Shown here one piece after another: positions 62,677 to 64,000 of a stretch of DNA of 64,000 nt (the first letter of the stretch is position 1; every line of letters starts with the position of its first letter). Both the position numbers and the translations under genes were made by a program. Under the pieces are notes generated by a model. The model searched no databases. It worked only from the letters and a program-made list of their open reading frames with translations, and was not told where the DNA came from. This DNA comes from an uncultured Eubacteriales bacterium (lineage in GTDB: Bacteria > Bacillota > Clostridia > Oscillospirales > CAG-272). The DNA is taken from assembly GCA_900546315.1 (NCBI GenBank), contig URCP01000001.1, positions 2,852-66,851 on the forward strand, given 5' to 3'.

Positions 62677-63507
62677 TCATATCCCGAGCGCGCCGCGCAG
62701 GAACCTCGCGACACCGTCCTCGCCGTTCGCGCCGATCACCCCGTCGGCCGCGCTGACGACCTCCGGGACCGCGTTCGCGACGGCGTACCGCTCATCCGCG
62801 GCGCGGAACATATCGAGATCATTCTCCGCGTCGCCGAACACTACTGTTCTTTCGCACCCGAGCAGCTCCGCGAGCTTCTTCATCGCGCTCGCCTTTGACG
62901 CCCCCTCGGGCAGGAGCTCGAGCCACATATCGCCGGTATAATAGTCCGGATGGTTCAGCACAGTGACCCCGCGGCGCGCCGATATCTCAGCCGCCGCCGC
63001 GGAGAGCCGCCCGGCGTCGCCTATACAGGCTATATAGAAAGCGTCTCCCGACCACAGCTCGTCGTCAGACGCCGCCGGGCGGTTTCTGGGATCAATCCCT
63101 CTCGAATCGATAAATGCTCTCTCCTCCGGCGTTATCCTGTCCGGCAGATATGAGAAATACTCATCCGCTCCGTCGAGCGTATAGACTATCGCCGGTATTC
63201 CGTATCTGTCAAGGACGCCGCGCAGATACTCCGCGTCCTCCCGCCCGAAGAGATTCTTCAGGACAAAGCTGCCGTCCTTCTTCTGGATGAAAGCGCCGTT
63301 GTGAAGTATCATCGGGAGCCCGCCCGGGGCGTCTCCGACCACCTTCATCGCGGTGACATACGACCTCGCGGTCGCGAACGCCAGCCTGACGCCCCCGGCG
63401 ACAAGCCTGTCAAGCGTCTCAAGCGTGTAAGCGCTCAGCCTCCCGTCCGGAGCGAGAAGCGTTCCGTCAAGATCCGAGACAAACAGCGTTTTTCCGATAT
63501 CATACAT
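62677..63507 (-). CDS. Cof-type HAD-IIB family hydrolase
   Basis: FVSDLDGTLL motif I and GDAENDLDMF motif IV. The start is trimmed to ATG 63507 (ATG 63537 is an alternative). Confidence 0.8.
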   Translation of the reverse strand: MYDIGKTLFVSDLDGTLLAPDGRLSAYTLETLDRLVAGGVRLAFATARSYVTAMKVVGDAPGGLPMILHNGAFIQKKDGSFVLKNLFGREDAEYLRGVLDRYGIPAIVYTLDGADEYFSYLPDRITPEERAFIDSRGIDPRNRPAASDDELWSGDAFYIACIGDAGRLSAAAAEISARRGVTVLNHPDYYTGDMWLELLPEGASKASAMKKLAELLGCERTVVFGDAENDLDMFRAADERYAVANAVPEVVSAADGVIGANGEDGVARFLRGALGI

Positions 63508-63536
63508 TCTGCCGTGACCATTCCTTTCAGCATACA

Positions 63537-64000
63537 TCAGACATTTGGCGGCAGATCGGTCTCGACGCCGGAGAGATAGCTGTTCTCCGAGACCTTTATG
63601 ACCTCGACCGTGTGCTTTCCGGCGTCGTACACCGCGGTCGTCGCCGACGCGTTGCTGACCCACTTCGGGCCGTCGGGGAGCGCGCCCATATTCACCCATT
63701 CACGCAGAAGCATCCTTATCGGCGTCGCGTGGGTCGCGACAAGAACGGTTTTACCATCGCACAGCGCGGCGAGACGCCAGACCTCTTTCGTGACCCGCTC
63801 CGCGAGCTCGCGGACGCTCTCACCGCCGGTCGGGCGCGCGTTCATTATATCGTTCTGCCACACGCCGAAGTCCGCGCCGTATATCTCCTCGATTTTTGAA
63901 AACTCCTCATTCTCCCACTTTCCTGCGCTTATCTCGCGCAGGGCTTTGTCCGGCACCGGAATTATGCCGTGCGGCTCCGCGATAATTTTTCCGGTCTCAT
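63537..64000 (-). CDS. Histidine phosphatase (phosphoglycerate-mutase-like) family protein, N-terminus outside window
   Basis: GGESVRELAERV and VLVATHATPIR motifs. The frame stays open to the window edge. Confidence 0.7.
   Translation of the reverse strand, partial: ETGKIIAEPHGIIPVPDKALREISAGKWENEEFSKIEEIYGADFGVWQNDIMNARPTGGESVRELAERVTKEVWRLAALCDGKTVLVATHATPIRMLLREWVNMGALPDGPKWVSNASATTAVYDAGKHTVEVIKVSENSYLSGVETDLPPNV

Noticed and set aside
63508-63699. 64-codon N-terminal extension of the Cof-type hydrolase ORF
   Set aside because: The extension is R/G-rich and overlaps the 3' end of the upstream histidine-phosphatase gene. The HAD motif I (DLDGT) follows ATG 63507 at the usual distance.

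Overview
GC-rich (about 55-60% by eye) chromosomal segment that looks like a Clostridia / Oscillospiraceae-type Firmicute. Supporting signs are near-consensus TTGACA-17-TATAAT promoters, GGAGG-type RBSs, a ylxM-ffh-rpsP-KH cluster, lipoprotein solute-binding proteins, a sortase and a glycyl-radical enzyme. I call about 58 protein genes, one frameshifted gene (lgt) and a 4-tRNA operon (Val-Asp-Phe-Gly). I saw no rRNA, CRISPR array, transposase, integrase or phage genes. All function calls rest on motif and architecture recognition from the translated ORFs; no database search was possible.

Gene content, in order:
- 1-9.2 kb: a metal/iron block with feoA-feoA-feoB, a truncated DtxR-like regulator, an HMA protein, an AraC regulator, and DUF2325-DUF3793-flavodoxin.
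- 9-24 kb: assorted housekeeping and cell-envelope genes.
- 24-27 kb: the SRP/S16 cluster.
- 30.4-30.8 kb: the tRNA operon.
- 34-41 kb: a DeoR-linked 2-oxoacid dehydrogenase operon with a fused E1 alpha-beta and lplA.
- 41-48 kb: folD, lgt, an M16 peptidase pair and comEC.
- 50-57 kb: a carbohydrate-linked glycyl-radical-enzyme locus.
- 58-64 kb: recQ, a polysaccharide deacetylase, and HAD and histidine phosphatases.

Most interesting observations:
1. A TTAGC-N4-GCTAA palindrome occurs six times, only in front of or inside the feo operon and in front of the flavodoxin operon. This suggests a DtxR-type rather than Fur-type iron regulon.
2. The 260-nt gap between feoA2 and feoB is densely structured. 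A second hairpin array upstream of an HTH::L-serine-dehydratase fusion gene shares one hairpin with it.
3. An unusually short (656 aa) glycyl radical enzyme with its activase sits in an operon with a Sip1/GH36-like glycosidase, divergent from a FucI-like isomerase.
4. A 55-90 bp palindromic MITE/REP-like element occurs three times. Two inverted copies bracket the deacetylase gene.
5. lgt carries a 1-nt frameshift even though several predicted lipoproteins are encoded in the window.
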